Origin: Lophium mytilinum
Lineage: Eukaryota
NCBI GenBank assembly: GCA_010093605.1
Contig: MU004184.1
Location: 382,801-446,800 of the forward strand
Reading direction: 5' to 3'
Length of the DNA stretch: 64,000 bases
The notes under the pieces are model-generated. The model was not told where the DNA came from and ran no database searches. It saw only the letters and a list, made by a program, of their open reading frames with translations. The stretch's first letter is position 1. Each line of letters opens with the position of its first letter. Of the stretch, positions 13,157 through 25,910 are shown in pieces. A program made the translations under genes and the position numbers.

Positions 13157-16100
13157 GGTTGATCGGAGGCTCCGGTGGCCATGACCTTCGAGCCAACAGA
13201 TAGACAGAGGCTGAAATGGTCGTTGAGACGATGAAGTAGATGTAGGCGAGGTCGGGGAAGCGGAGGCTAGGCTGGCAGGAGGCAGTTTGGACGTGGCCGC
13301 GGAAGAGGAATTGATCCCGGGTGCACAGGAAAATGACGCCAGACGTTAAGATCGACCGTGAGGAGAAAGACGTTGCTGTCTGGATGAGGGGGGAGGTGCT
13401 GCTAAGGGCCAGGTGGTCTTGGAGAGAGTTAGGCGTGGGTATAAAGTGGAGGCAAACGCGAGCTTACGGGCCTCAGATAGCCTCAATGAAGGATTTACCA
13501 GCAACAGAGCTAGTGACGGGGATCTCAGAGACGGTAGAAACGAAGCTGACATAGCGTGTCGGCGATGTAGTTCAAGCTGTCTCAATCCGCGGTAAAGTTC
13601 TGTTCCGGCTGCGTCTAGGCGAGCTTCTCTGTAGAGCTACATTGTCAATGCCTCGGTCGCCTGAACGGTATGAGTTGGTTGTCGCTCTGCTTAGTACTTG
13701 GCTGAGTTCTGAGTAAAACGGTGACTTCGAGTGGACGTGACAAGAAGAAAGGCGTCAAGGAGGAATAGGTGGAAGGATAGGATGAGGTGGCGGACGGTTG
13801 AATTGGAAGCCGGGTTCGACTATTGAGAGCAATAGCGTCACACCCGTCTTCGGAGTGTCAGCGGCCTACAATGCGACATCCCAAGCTATCAATTGAGAAA
13901 TTTGCTTAGCGGCGCTACAGCAGATAGCGACACCACATCAGACAGCGCGTGGGAAGAAGGAACTTGGTACCACCGAGTGGTGACTGTCGAGTTGCCCAAT
14001 AGCGAGATGTAAAGCTGGCATGGTGAAGCATTAAGTGGTGGTGGGTGAGTTAACGTAGATAGAGCGGCTAGTGAGAACGTAGAGTGCCTTCGCCACAGTG
14101 AAGTCAGATGTTCCCCACCAGGTCAACCCCCACCAAGCTCTCACAATCTTCACCCCTCAACACCAATCGGCCCATATATACCTTCATATTCTAGGCCTCT
14201 TTCAGCTTAAGGATCTGGCACTTAGGTGGCGCTTTAGACCAGTGTAACAATTGCTTGTTTGTTTCAAGTACTGTTGTATGTACTCTGCAAAACTCTGGTT
14301 TTCATAACCCTGGCACCTCGCGGCCAGGGCGAACTTTTGCTGGTTCGATTCGCAGTGAAGGTGGCTCTAAGGTCTTCTTTTTGTCCTCTTTCCTTTCTTT
14401 TCGACGCGGCGTAGTGGTCATTTATTACACTGGGCTCGCTTTGGGCATTTAAGTTACGGTCTTGGACCACGTAAGTATCCTACTTCACGTTCATCCAGCT
14501 TTTACCTCTTACAGGCCAGGCGTAGAGTTATTACGGTGTGCTATGAATGTACGCGTATTACATCATAACACCCTCCATCATGGCCCTTGGTGTTGCAGTA
14601 TCTGCTAGAGACACCCGCTTCGACGATCGGCACCGGCCTTCGGTCTATAGCAAGCTCATCCGACACACACATCGTGCACATATCTTTTCTTTTTGCTTGG
14701 TTACCCTCTCCTCTCAGGAAGCTGAAACCAATAGCTGCGATTTCTTTAAAGTAGTTTATGAACTAGTAAGGTAAGCCTAACTTGTTAATTATTTTCCCTG
14801 CGCCAGATTCTTTTAGGAGTGTTTTAAGTAACTAAAGAATTTGCTACTTCTTAAAATGTCCTTGTTACTAGTTAATTGAGACGCTGCATGCCGCGAACCA
14901 GCAGTCCGCATGTTATCCAGTTAATGGGAGATAGAGGGTTGTGCGGTTGGCTTATTGGGTAATTTTACGTAGTAGGAGCAGGCGCATAGAAGCCACTAAT
15001 AAATCTACGCTACTTCGATCGCCTATCACCCTGTCCCCAGGGTTACTCGTGATCCAAGAGATACGGGTGGGGATTTTTCGAGGCTATCCGGAACCCTACT
15101 ACCGGCCCTAAATCCGCTCGACGTTCCTCTCCGCCACTGGGGCTTGGTTGGATGCTTGTTCCAGCTAATCTCGACAGTAAGGCAGTAAGATCTACAATCG
15201 TGTCTTCCACTTTCGGCATATAGGTAGTGAGTCCAAATTAATAGATCTAGCCTTAATTGGTGGGACGATAGGTCAGTTCCTAGAGGGTATCAAGCTGCCT
15301 CCAATGCATCGCTCTTCCTTGAGTCAAATCTGTAGAGTAGGGAGATCTTCTTTAGGCTGAGGGCAAAAAAGAAGTGCCATCTCGCCACGGTGGGCAGGCT
15401 GCCGTGTGACCAGGTTCTAGTTGGAACTCTGTTAATACATCTCCGAAGGTGAGCTATGTGTGATATGCCTTCATCCGCTCTTCTCTTATAGAGGCCGAAG
15501 AGCATCTCTGAAAAAGTGGCCGAGGTTTGGGACTCTACCCCTGGGTGAGCTTCTGTTGCTAGTTGGTGGACTAGAAGGCCTTCTTACCAGTGAAGTTAAT
15601 ACATAGTGGTCCACTATTGTTCTTGTTTCTTAGTGTCTTCTCCGCCATCCTTTTCGCCTAGTATCCTTCTTCGACTTCTTGATTGGCGCCCCCACTGTGC
15701 CCCCGCGTTAATGAGATGAGATGGAATAGTGATTAGACTGAGTTTGAGGGAGAAATAGACTACGCCATGTTAGGGTACCATTTATGTCTCCGCCGATATT
15801 TACCTATAGTCTCTAATTACTGGCTAAGTTTTGTCTGGCTTAAGTATGTATATTCCGTTTTATTATGTTGTTATATTCTCTACCCGTCTTGGGTGGGGCT
15901 TCCTTCTACTTCTTGTGCAGTATAATGTCTCCTCAGTCTCACCTAAGTAATTACTAGAACCTCCCCTAGCCCCGTTAGTTAATCCAGGTGAAGCGACAGT
16001 GCAACATAGAAAGAGAAGATTGAGGTTGGTATGATTGAATTCAGCACCTTCCGTGGTCGCCGTGACTGTCAACCGGATCTCGATTGTCACCTTGCGAGAG

Positions 16101-18208
16101 TTCTTGGACGTGTCCTGAAAGAGCCTGTTGACAAAATGTCTCTTGTGGCTCAGCCTGTCGAACTTCCTCTTTAGACGACGAGCGTCTTGACCGCAATCCG
16201 TGCCGTATGTCCTCCACTTTACCTAGTCACTCCCTTGCGGATCTCCCTGGACTTCCTCACCCCGTCGAAACTGATCTCCGCGCGCTTCCTTGGACCCTAG
16301 CTCTCAAAGCTCGCATTTGACTCTCGCATCTGGCTCGCCTGTACGCACTTTACTCCACCACGTCGTACTCCGCAAGAGACAGCACGGCCCAATTGGCGTG
16401 CTCAGTTTAGTCGTCGTCTCGTGTACCGTTGTCCAAGTGTGATGATACTGAGCATCTCGCAGGTCTTGTCGGACTGCGGTGGCCGCGTACAGATTATTCT
16501 CTTTGGGGTCGGGCTTGCGATTGAGCAACGCGTTCAGACGTGCCTCATGCTGTGGGACACTGCGACACCCGATCGTCTTCCGTCAGCTCGCCTTCTTCCT
16601 TGTCTGCCTCCGATATTCCCACAATGTGGCCGTGAGTCGTATAGCTCTTGTGAGGGGTGAACAGCTGGAAGCTGGCGGTGTCGGATGCAGGAATTGGATG
16701 CGCGCGTTGCTGAGCTGGCATGAAGGGGTTTTATAAGAACCATGCGGAGGAGCGATGGTGAAGCCATTAATGCCGAGCGGAGGAGGAAATAGGGATGGCG
16801 GCTGTCCATGGCTGTAGGACTGCTTTCAGGGGTCTCCGAACGGTGGACGAGGCGGACTCCGAGGCGGATTTGGCAAGCGGATTGGAGATCTTGGTTTTTC
16901 CTTCTTTTGAAGCTACACAACATGTCAGCAAGGCCAAATTCGGCGAGCGCCTGGGTTGCTGGCCATGTTGGCAAGACTAAGAGGCCAAGAAAAAGTAAGA
17001 TAAGTCCTAGTCATACCTTGAGATTCGTCGTCGAAAGTGTTCAGAAAGCGACTGGATATGACTGATACTCCACTCGCCTTGTCAATACTCGAGCCATTCG
17101 AGATCAGTGATGGAACTGCACTGGAGCAATTTGGACTGGGGCCGGATGGAGGCACCCTCGAAAGTGCGAAGCCTCATAACCCCATGGAGAGAACTGAATG
17201 GGGTTGCGTACAGCCACCAGATCTCCCGGTGCCCAAATTCAGAGAGACGCCGCAGAAGCAGATCTCGCACTCTATTAGGCTCTTCAGCGGGCGATCCTCG
17301 TAGTGTACCTGTCGGCTCTCTCCCAACATGGCGGCACGGTCGAAGAGATGATGATACTCGATTCATTGGCGCGTACGCGGTTCGTCGGTGCCATAGCTGT
17401 CTTGCTCGAGTTGGAGATGGTATAGCATAGCTCCGTGTTCGTATTGGCCACATAGAGCTAGTTGGCAATATAAGGCTCGACTATCATCATGCAGCGGGCG
17501 GTTGGGGGGTGGTTGTCGAGGCGGTTCAGAACGGCGGCAGCTCGGAGACGACTGAAAGGACCGGCCGGTGCTAAAGGTGGCGGTGGTACATGATCCGGGT
17601 ATCGTGATGTACACTAGATCCTTGAGATGGTATTAAGGCCGGGAGCCCTGAAGAAGGTAGGTGCAGCTACTACACCCAGAGGTATCGCTTCTGGAGCTTG
17701 GTAAGTCTTAGTAAAGTCTGCTTACTAAGAGTGATTATACCTGATATCCAGATCACGTGACATCTTGAGCTCCCTGGCGACTTCGGTGTTGGGCCACAAG
17801 TCCTTACCTTGTACTGTGATCCCGAGGCACGACTCGTGGAGGGTAGGAGAGCTTAACTCTCATTGAAGACGTTTGTGCAGTTCCACAGGTGCTACCGGTA
17901 CCTAGTTTTGACAATGCAGAAAGCATCTACAGATATACCCGCCCTCTTTGAGCTTGGTTTCGCCCTCTCTACATCTCTATCCCATCCTAAACACAACAGT
18001 CCTAGATGCTCATGCAAGCACACATACTACAGTCGGTCCATCGTCATTAACTCACCAACGTTTACTATTACTTTCATCTGCATCTAGCGGATATTGACTC
18101 TGGAATTTGGGTATGAAACTAGGGAATTAGATGAGATTAAAAGAGCAGATTCACTCTTGTGTACAGTATTAAGATGATTATAAAATAGAAAGGTGCAGTT
18201 GGTTTAGG

Positions 18209-20256
18209 ATGCGGCGATACCTCATCACTCCTCGTCCATCTTACAGGACCCGGACGGTCTCGGATGTCCTCCTTTCTCTCAGGAGACAGGATACCAGTTT
18301 CGATACTCGCGGTAGCGTGGAATTCCCGTCTCAGCGGTCTCTATGTAGAGAACTTGACGAGTTTAGCAATGGTCTTCCTAGTGACAGTCCGCCTGACAGT
18401 GTTCAAAAGGTTAACCAATGCAGCCGCAGCAGCAGCAGAGCGTTTTCGTCTGGGCGTTTCCCTCCATCTTGATGCTGTCCACTAGTCTTGAAGGTCAGCG
18501 CCGGCTTCTGTGGCGCTAGGTTAAGTGCTAAAATGCACCTGCAGCATCTAACAAGATCCGAAAGTCGCGCTCTCCGGGAACGTTCCAACCGCCCCAAACT
18601 CGAGGTCGTCCTTCATGATGAAGGCGAAGTACGCGATCTTTTGAATTATACGAAAGGCTGCGACCCAGAAGGAAGCTTGAAGGTGATGTTTGTTCGCAAT
18701 GCCGTACTTCGCCGGTTCGGAAGAGCCCCCTGGTGCTCTCCTTGATATCCTTCTTCTTTAAGGGAGCTTTTTATGCCCAGCCTCAGGGTCTCTAGATTAG
18801 TCGAGAATACTAGCCGGTGGGGAGCAGTCATCGCCTTCTTAGCCTTCTCGAAGCTGCTGATGCTCTCGGTAGTCTTGATCGCGGCCATTCCGTTCATGGG
18901 CACGTATGTCCGAACGACCTCACTGAATTGCTGGAGCTCGATTTCTGGTGAAACCTACTTCTCTGGTTTGCAATGCTGGCCTGCCAACGTCATGCTCATA
19001 AGGACTGAGTGAACTGCTACGGTGTTTTTGTAATCCTCCTGTCCGCTGCTAGCGATGACAAGGGCGTACATGATCTGCCTCTTGGATTTGACAGATGGTC
19101 AGTCCGGAGTCCGGGCTAGCCGCTCGCTTGCACTTGAGAGTGCCGTGAAAGGTCGGCGTACTGATCTCTACATCACTTCCGGGATGTTGTCTTTGGCAGC
19201 CTGCTTTGCAGTATCCTTCGTGATCTTCTTGACACCTCCGACGGGCGGAGCAGTAGCGGTGGCTTTGCCTCCACGACGGGCTCCACGGTTGGGGCGCGTG
19301 TCTCGGCGGGTCTTGAGGATGGCGGACGACCGGCTGCTATAGAATAGCAAGCTGTTGGGCTAGAACTCTTGAGGTCGTGATCTACGTGGAGCGGGCATTT
19401 CTAGGCGCGGCTGGTCATGTCTGATCCCGGGAACAACATTGGATTCATGGCAGCGGATGGATCGAGTGATTGCTAGTCAAGGAACCGCCACGACCGGTCT
19501 GCGCGAACACATCAGCGAGATACGTTCACAGGCGCCTTGCTCGGTGGTGATGAGTAACGAGAAGCTGGTTGTGAAATCGTCTTCGGCCCAGTGGTATGGT
19601 GAGGAGCTGGTGCTCTACCTAATCAAGCCCGAGCCTGACGCGGAGACGTATGCCCTTCAGCTCCCAGTCGTCGAACCTCTAGACCAGAGAGTAACCCAGG
19701 CGGGGATCGGCATCGACTCGGACGCTGGCTTCGTTTGAGATTGCGGCAAGGTTGCTGAAACTCTTTTGATGCGCCGTTCTGATTTGTACTGGATCCGGCC
19801 CTTTGCGCGCAGACTGTCCGAGACTTGATCGTTGCCGTAGTCTTGCTCATTCGCCCACACCATGCAGGGTATCCGGAGGAGTTGATCTTCAGAGAAACTC
19901 CACTGCCTCTCGACATCGGTGGTAACTGGGTGAGGAGGTTTCGGTCGCTCTCACATGCTAGTGCGTTGGCTTGGGTGAGGTACTGATGAAGGCTTCGCGA
20001 GTTTAAGTATGAAGTGCTAGGAAGCAGAGGGAGGGTTACGACTTGTAGCGATGGCTGTCGAGGTTGGGGCTGTGACTGGGTTCTGGACATGAGTAGAGGA
20101 GAGGAGGTTCGTGATCCAAATGAAAGTAACTTCGTTGTGGGACTCGGGCTCTACCTTAATCTTCTTCGCATAGACCGTTATGCCATTAGACAACATAATC
20201 CTGCGGAGACTCGGACTGTTCGCAGCGTTGAGGCGTGGACCCACTGGGGACGGCAA
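18209..20256 (-). pseudogene. Disrupted lineage-specific gene, family A copy 1
   Basis: Chain of broken minus-strand ORFs. Segment 19180-19322 (AILKTRRDTRPNRGARRGGKATATAPPVGGVKKITKDTAKQ) aligns without gaps to 62588-62730. Confidence 0.6.
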
Positions 20257-20372
20257 CTCTGGTTTGGCTCGGTAGACGGGGAGAAGAAGGACAAGCGGTC
20301 GATATTTTAGCGGGAGCTTGGATGTAACGCACGTGCGTAGGTTGCGGGCTATATTGATGATACTATCAAGAG

Positions 20373-21541
20373 TCAGCCCAATTCCTTGAAATTGATGGCT
20401 AGGTACCTGCCTTCATAGAGATTATCGAGATTGCGGTCATCAGTAAGAGAATGTATCATGGTACCCACACCTAGAGCACTCGATCTCCCCGTTAGTGAAA
20501 AAGAATATTCCAATCCACGGCGCCGAAATTTTAGAAGTCGTGAAATGGTGTTGTAGACCTGACCTCGCCGCTTAATGATCTCGCGAAGGCCTAGGTACCA
20601 CAATCGATGTACTCCTGGCAAAGAAACCAATTACCCTCTTATAGTAGTTTTCCCGTAGCTCCCCACCACTCCTAGAAAGGTGGAAGCCAAGAAAGCACAC
20701 CCGAAAGTCTCACTTCATCTCCAGATGGCTGAGGTTCATTGAAGGAAGCCACTGGTACCATACGCACCATAGTCTCCCCTCTAAGACCTCAGCCAGCACA
20801 AGCACGTCCTTCAAGTGTGAGGAACCTCGAAAATCTCCCACTCATCCTCTTCAATCTCTCGCTCGTCCGTGGCCAGGACTGAATGGACAGAGTCCTAAGC
20901 CTGACTGCCTATACGAGGGTGGAAGGCGTTTGTGGTACCGGAGTTCTCCTGCCCTTCCAGACGCATATAGGGGTGTGGATTGCTAGTGCGGCGAGCTGTG
21001 CCCTCCTGCTTCGGATTATGCGCAAACGGGATGTGTGCACGTGCCATGAACACCTCGAGCTCCTTCGGGAGGATTTGCTCTGCTATTCCGCGACGGTGCC
21101 AGTAATTGATAAGGTCTTGCAGCTCCTGAAGCCTGCCTAGGGCTTTCAATTCCTAAGCTGAGAGTAGGAGTCCTCCCATCTCTTTTATTTCTCGGCCCCA
21201 TCGCGCGTGGCGTTTCCGAGAGTTGTTCCGGCCTAGTTCTGACTCTGCTTTTGTATACCAATCTGGCATATACAGCATCCCTGTGGTGTTTACTTTGTGC
21301 GCCATTTGCGTGTTCGCCGCTGTGTGCTAATGTGTCCAACTCGATCGAGCCGACTCGCAATGTCTCGTGAAGGTTGACCATCCGTTCGGATCTCTGAAGA
21401 ATCTTGGCCGACCCAAGCTTTTGGTGGCACTCTATCCTTGTGGGCGGACCCACCCTGGTGCGAACGGCCTATAGATCTCTCGAGCTCTGCAAGCCGTCGC
21501 GGTTTGGAGGGAGAGTGGACGGGGTTCTCGTGCTCTTCCAC
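20373..21541 (-). pseudogene. Disrupted lineage-specific gene, possible family B copy 1
   Basis: Broken ORFs. ETLRVGSIELDTL..RLVYKSRVRTRPEQLSE weakly resembles KPLPIGTLRIVDSL..GFVYRLSPSKVGKGASE at 60817-61137. Confidence 0.35.
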
Positions 21542-22330
21542 GGGGCGCGGATGCGAGCATGGCGATAGTGATTATGCCGAAGAACTTTGGCGCATAGCAA
21601 GACGCAAAACGGGGCCTCTTAGATCCGGACCTTGCAGAGACTAGGGATTGAAGGTTAGCGCCTCTGTCTGCAAACTAAAACGGCAATCACCGCGCACGGG
21701 TAAAGTATACGTACTTCTCTTAGCCATACAGCTCTGCGGTTGTTGTGGGAAATGGGAGTGATGGTGATCGATATGGGAAGGGGGTGCTGGAGAAGCTGCG
21801 AGGACCCCTCCCGCTTCCATACTCTGCCAAGACACAGCACGTGATACCAGCGCGTGGCCCAAATGCTCACACTTAGGCTTCTGCAGGGAAGACTATGACT
21901 CAGTATTACTGCATGAGTCTAGCATAGTATTAAGTTAACGAGGTGCCCAACCCTAGAAAGAGGTACATAATATCACTATCTTATAGATGTCCCTCACCTA
22001 TAACTATCACAATGCTGAGGTTGCTAGTCACCCGATTGACTCATTCACTTCCTATGCATTTAGCCTTCACTTCGTGCACGTTCTTCACAGTCGAGGCTAG
22101 ACAGTCAAGCTAAGACATCGTCCCGAACCAGTGCATAGAAAAGTGGACCGCCAGTAAGGAAGCGAGTAAGATCATGGTCATTACCGTACTATCGAAACCA
22201 TATTTACGCAAGCTAAGCCATCCGAGAATATACTCCATCAAATCAACCTAGAACCCGTTCCACAACACTACCACGCCGCCCTACAAGTAAACTACTTCGA
22301 GTCGAGACATCCAAACGGTTCGCAAGACTT

Positions 22331-22560
22331 TAAGAAGAAGCAACACATCTGCGAACAGGACCTCGCCGGCTGTGAGATATTAGCTTAAGCAAAAGATGAA
22401 CAGCGGTAAGGTCACTCACCCTGTCGCATGAAATCCTTCAGGTGATGCTATTTGACATCGTAGGAGAGGTTGCCGATGTAGACGCGGCGATCCTGTTATA
22501 ATGACTCCCGTAGATACTGCATTATTTACTCCTTGGCCTGCACGCGCGCCTCTGAACCGG
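22331..22560 (-). pseudogene. GBP2: Fragment of Gbp2/Hrb1 SR-like RNA-binding protein (RRM1) with intron
   Basis: EARVQAKE*IMQYLRESL*QDRRVYIGNLSYDVK*HHLKDFMRQ, then intron 22370-22419 (GTGAGT..GCTAAT..CAG), then AGEVLFADVLLL. The stops are RIP-type (CAA>TAA, TGG>TAG). Confidence 0.9.
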
Positions 22561-23269
22561 GGGTCAGGGCTCCTCAAGACGCGCTATAGGACCTGGTGAA
22601 CGAGGCGGCACCGCCCTGTGCGGCTGCGCCGGGGGATCAAAAGCTTCGGTCCGTACAACAAGTCTTAAATCCATCCTAGAATCCAATCGCAAAGCCAAGG
22701 GTACCCAAGACATGAGAAAGTAAGCTTGGAGAGTGTCGGCGTCGAAGAAGGCTAGGTTATTCCCGTCTCTCTAAACATGCAGGTTGCGTTCAAAGAGCAT
22801 TAGGCGCGACTAAATAATAGCTTACCGGTGCCCCAACCATGTTGTCTTCTCCATTTTTGCGACCTCGGAATTTAGGGACAGCCGCATTGTGTTCATGACC
22901 ACCTGAAGTTTCTTGTTTTCTCTCGCCTCCGGAGGATCCCAGGTCGTGTCTATTCATTCCAGGCTCTAATTAAGTTATTAGTGACTCATCAACCGCGTGC
23001 CTGTGTACCAGCTATGCTGTCTTGTCCATTTTGGCGGCATCAGATTTTCGGAATAGTCGCCGCATCCAGTCCATGACTACTTGGAAGTTCTCATTCTCTC
23101 TTGCCTCTAGAGGAATCCAGGCCCGTCTACCGAGAGTAACTCTCATCACCAAGCATGGGCATTGTTGAAGTTGGGCGGGCAACGCGTCCCTTCGTCGTGA
23201 TCGAGCATTGCGGAAGAGTCGGCACCGAGACTTTTCGGACCGTCTTCGCGACTGCTCACGGTCGCAAGA

Positions 23270-23450
23270 CTGCGGCCGGATCCAGGATCGCGTCGCCAAA
23301 AGGATGGAGTGGCATCAAGTTCAGGGTAGGCTTGTTGACACGGACTGCCTTGCTGAGATGGACTGCTACGAGATCCAGGACCACCTTGCTAAAGGGACGC
23401 ACCGCCGCCAGATCTAGGATGGCTTTGCCGAGAGGTCCGACTGATGCCAC
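23270..23450. repeat. Degenerate 39-bp repeat (13-aa units)
   Basis: gatc(c/t)agga units. The minus frame reads ASVGPLGKAILDL/AAVRPFSKVVLDL/..MPLHPFGDAILDP. Confidence 0.6.
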
Positions 23451-24213
23451 GGACAGATGAAGTGTCGGGATAGTGAACTTCTTTCGGGGATGGGAGGCCG
23501 CTATCGTAAAGCACAGTGGTATAGGGAGGGTGCGGGTTCAGACCACGAGTCTCTGACAGTCGCAATTGCAGGCGGAGGGAGAGGCAAGAATTAGACACTG
23601 CGAGACGCTTCTGTTGTTTGCAACACCTTCGGTCCACGAAATTCGGCGGTCATCGCGGGTTCTCGAGGCGGGAATCGTCGGTTTGCGGTACTGTTGGTCT
23701 GAGACGGGGTTTCCTTCGGGCCACAAGCAGCCTCGATCTTCTTCTGTAACTCGTTCGCGATCCAGTTGGAGCTCCACTTGTCCTCCTGGGCCAGCCACCC
23801 TAGTAAATGTTTCATTGGTTCTGACTTTCGGTGCGACATTGCGGAACCCTCAACGCGGAGCCCACCGTCCACAAAGCGTCAGATCTTGCTTTGGAAGACG
23901 GTGTGGAGAACTATGAGGAGGGAAATGCTGTCATTGCTAAGCGCATGTGGGGCGAAGTCGATGAGCTCGTGGTGGCTGTCAGCTCTTCTTTCAGCAGACG
24001 GTCGAGGTCCGGGCCGTCCTCGAGCGCAGCGTGTCACTTGCCGGACGCAGTTAAGAGCCGAAGTGAGGTCTTAATTGTGGTCTTGTAGGACGTCCGTGTT
24101 GAAGGAGAGGTGTAAGTTGAGGCTCGCAGCTCTTACGGCAAGTCGCGCTCGTGAGGTCGAGCGGTCTCGTCGTCGAGCTTACCTGCAGTCCTGATACCAC
24201 AGTGACTCGATCG

Positions 24214-24430
24214 CTATCTATATTAGTACCCTATAACTCAGAGACTATGCGGTTAGGATACTTACGTAACACGCTCGCCGAAGTTTCTTGACTAGTGCGG
24301 CCGAGGGGAGATCGCACGGATTAACCACATTTCGATCTTCATGGGACAATTGTCGATCTTGACACCATTCAGGCTCTTGTCCGCTTCATTAGCGGCAGTT
24401 CCGATCGCAAAGACGATGATTGAAATGAGT
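24214..24430 (-). pseudogene. YRA1: Fragment of Yra1/ALY mRNA export adaptor (RRM C-terminal half) with intron
   Basis: SIIVFAIGTAANEADKSLNGVKIDNCPMKIE(fs)VVNP..(fs)NFGERVT, then intron 24214-24265 (GTAAGT..TACTAAT..TAG). Resembles remembered fungal Yra1 IIF..AAxAxKxLNGxKVDxRPMKIEVV...LxERVT. Confidence 0.75.
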
Positions 24431-25910
24431 TTCCTTGGGCTCATCGCCCTCGTTGGCGTCGTTTTGTTGTGGGGGATCGCTCGGTGCATCCGCATCGTTC
24501 CCGTCGTTTTCCGGTGGAGGTTCGCTGGGCTCGTCGCTATGGTCGTTGTCGTAGCTCTCTGGAGTCTCGGTGCGTGCAGCATCATCGCCACGGCTGGACA
24601 CTGACTTAGACAGAAGGTCGATTTTCTGCTGGTGTGAGAGTACAAGGGGTTGTAGTTGGGCAGCTGTTGTAGAGAGGGCGGAGTCTGGGCGATGAGGGCT
24701 ATTTTGGGCCGCTGCGGCTCACTTGTCCAATAGCTAGTGAAGAGTAGCGGTGGAGATACGCTGCGACTTCCTTCGGCAGCTTCACGGAGGTGGTTGTTCT
24801 GCTGAGCTTGAGCAATAGCGGCGACGCGGCGGGTGACAAGTCTCTCTGGAGAACAACAATGCAGCGCTGAAAAATTCCCTGGGCCAGGGAACAAGCCCCT
24901 CGAAGGCACCGGGGACGGAAGCGAGGATGCTAGGTGGCCACCCTGAGCTAGTCCGCACACTCCAGAAGTAGGCGGCAGACACGAGGTCATGAGAAACTAC
25001 TCTGAAGTAGCTGAAGAGGCAGCGCCTTCAGCAATATTGACATCCGAAGGAGATGGACGACGGAGCTAGAGGAGTCTTGCGTGATCGAGGGTGGAGGTGG
25101 GTGATAGAGGTGAGGTGGTTGGAAGTTGGTGGAAGCCGGTATGCAGACAGCGCGTGGTGGCCTTGGCGAGCGAAGACACTGGGCATTAGCCTTGTTACTT
25201 CGGAACCATAGATGCTGATGCAGTGAGGGACTATAGAATATCGCAATGTCTACTGGACCTTGTCTAGCGTCTGAATAGACAAAGTGGGAGAGGAAAGGCA
25301 ATGTCACCTCCCCAACCTACTATTAAGCTGCTCTGCTACCTTATATCTTTGCGAGTGGCTCCGGCTCCTTGCATGGGTTCTTATAACTTTAGAAGAAGCT
25401 GTTGGAAATTTCACGCAGACTAGGCATCCTAATTGGGACGTGATGATTAACACCTTGTAAGATGTGACAAGGGAACAGAAACATGGGCTCCATTTTTTTC
25501 TTGATTGCAAGATTCCCCCAAGCCTGTGCAAAAGATTCCGTCGAGAATCATCTGTTATGTCTGATTCATGCACCCACGGTATAGCCATGCCGTGGGAGCC
25601 TTCTCTCTCGCTCTCTGAGGACGTGCTCTGTGGGTATTTTGCTTGTTGGCGATGGTTTGAACGTCTATACGTAATGGGCAAGCGTAACTCTGGCTTTTGG
25701 CTGAGGGTGGTGGTGATGGGGAACGAGGAAGAGGAAGGAAGCTCAGGGGAAGGTCAATTGTTGTCGTCGTCGTGTCTTCGTATACGTAATCAACTACTTC
25801 ACTACCTCGATCCTTCATCGACTTCCGGATCACGAAGACATTGGCCTCGTCTCTTTTCCGCTATTCAATCTTCCTGCAGTATATGACCACTAGACGGGAG
25901 AGTCTCTTAA

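Noticed and set aside
14471..14600. Zn2Cys6 transcription factor start (RRRVITVCYEC after an intron-like segment)
   Set aside because: Only two cysteines; the rest of the cluster is not found in any frame I read.
13321..18087. Many short six-frame ORFs here and at 27-30.5 kb and 56-59 kb
   Set aside because: Overlapping, stop-riddled and without recognisable domains; likely pseudogene debris or shadow ORFs, so not called individually.
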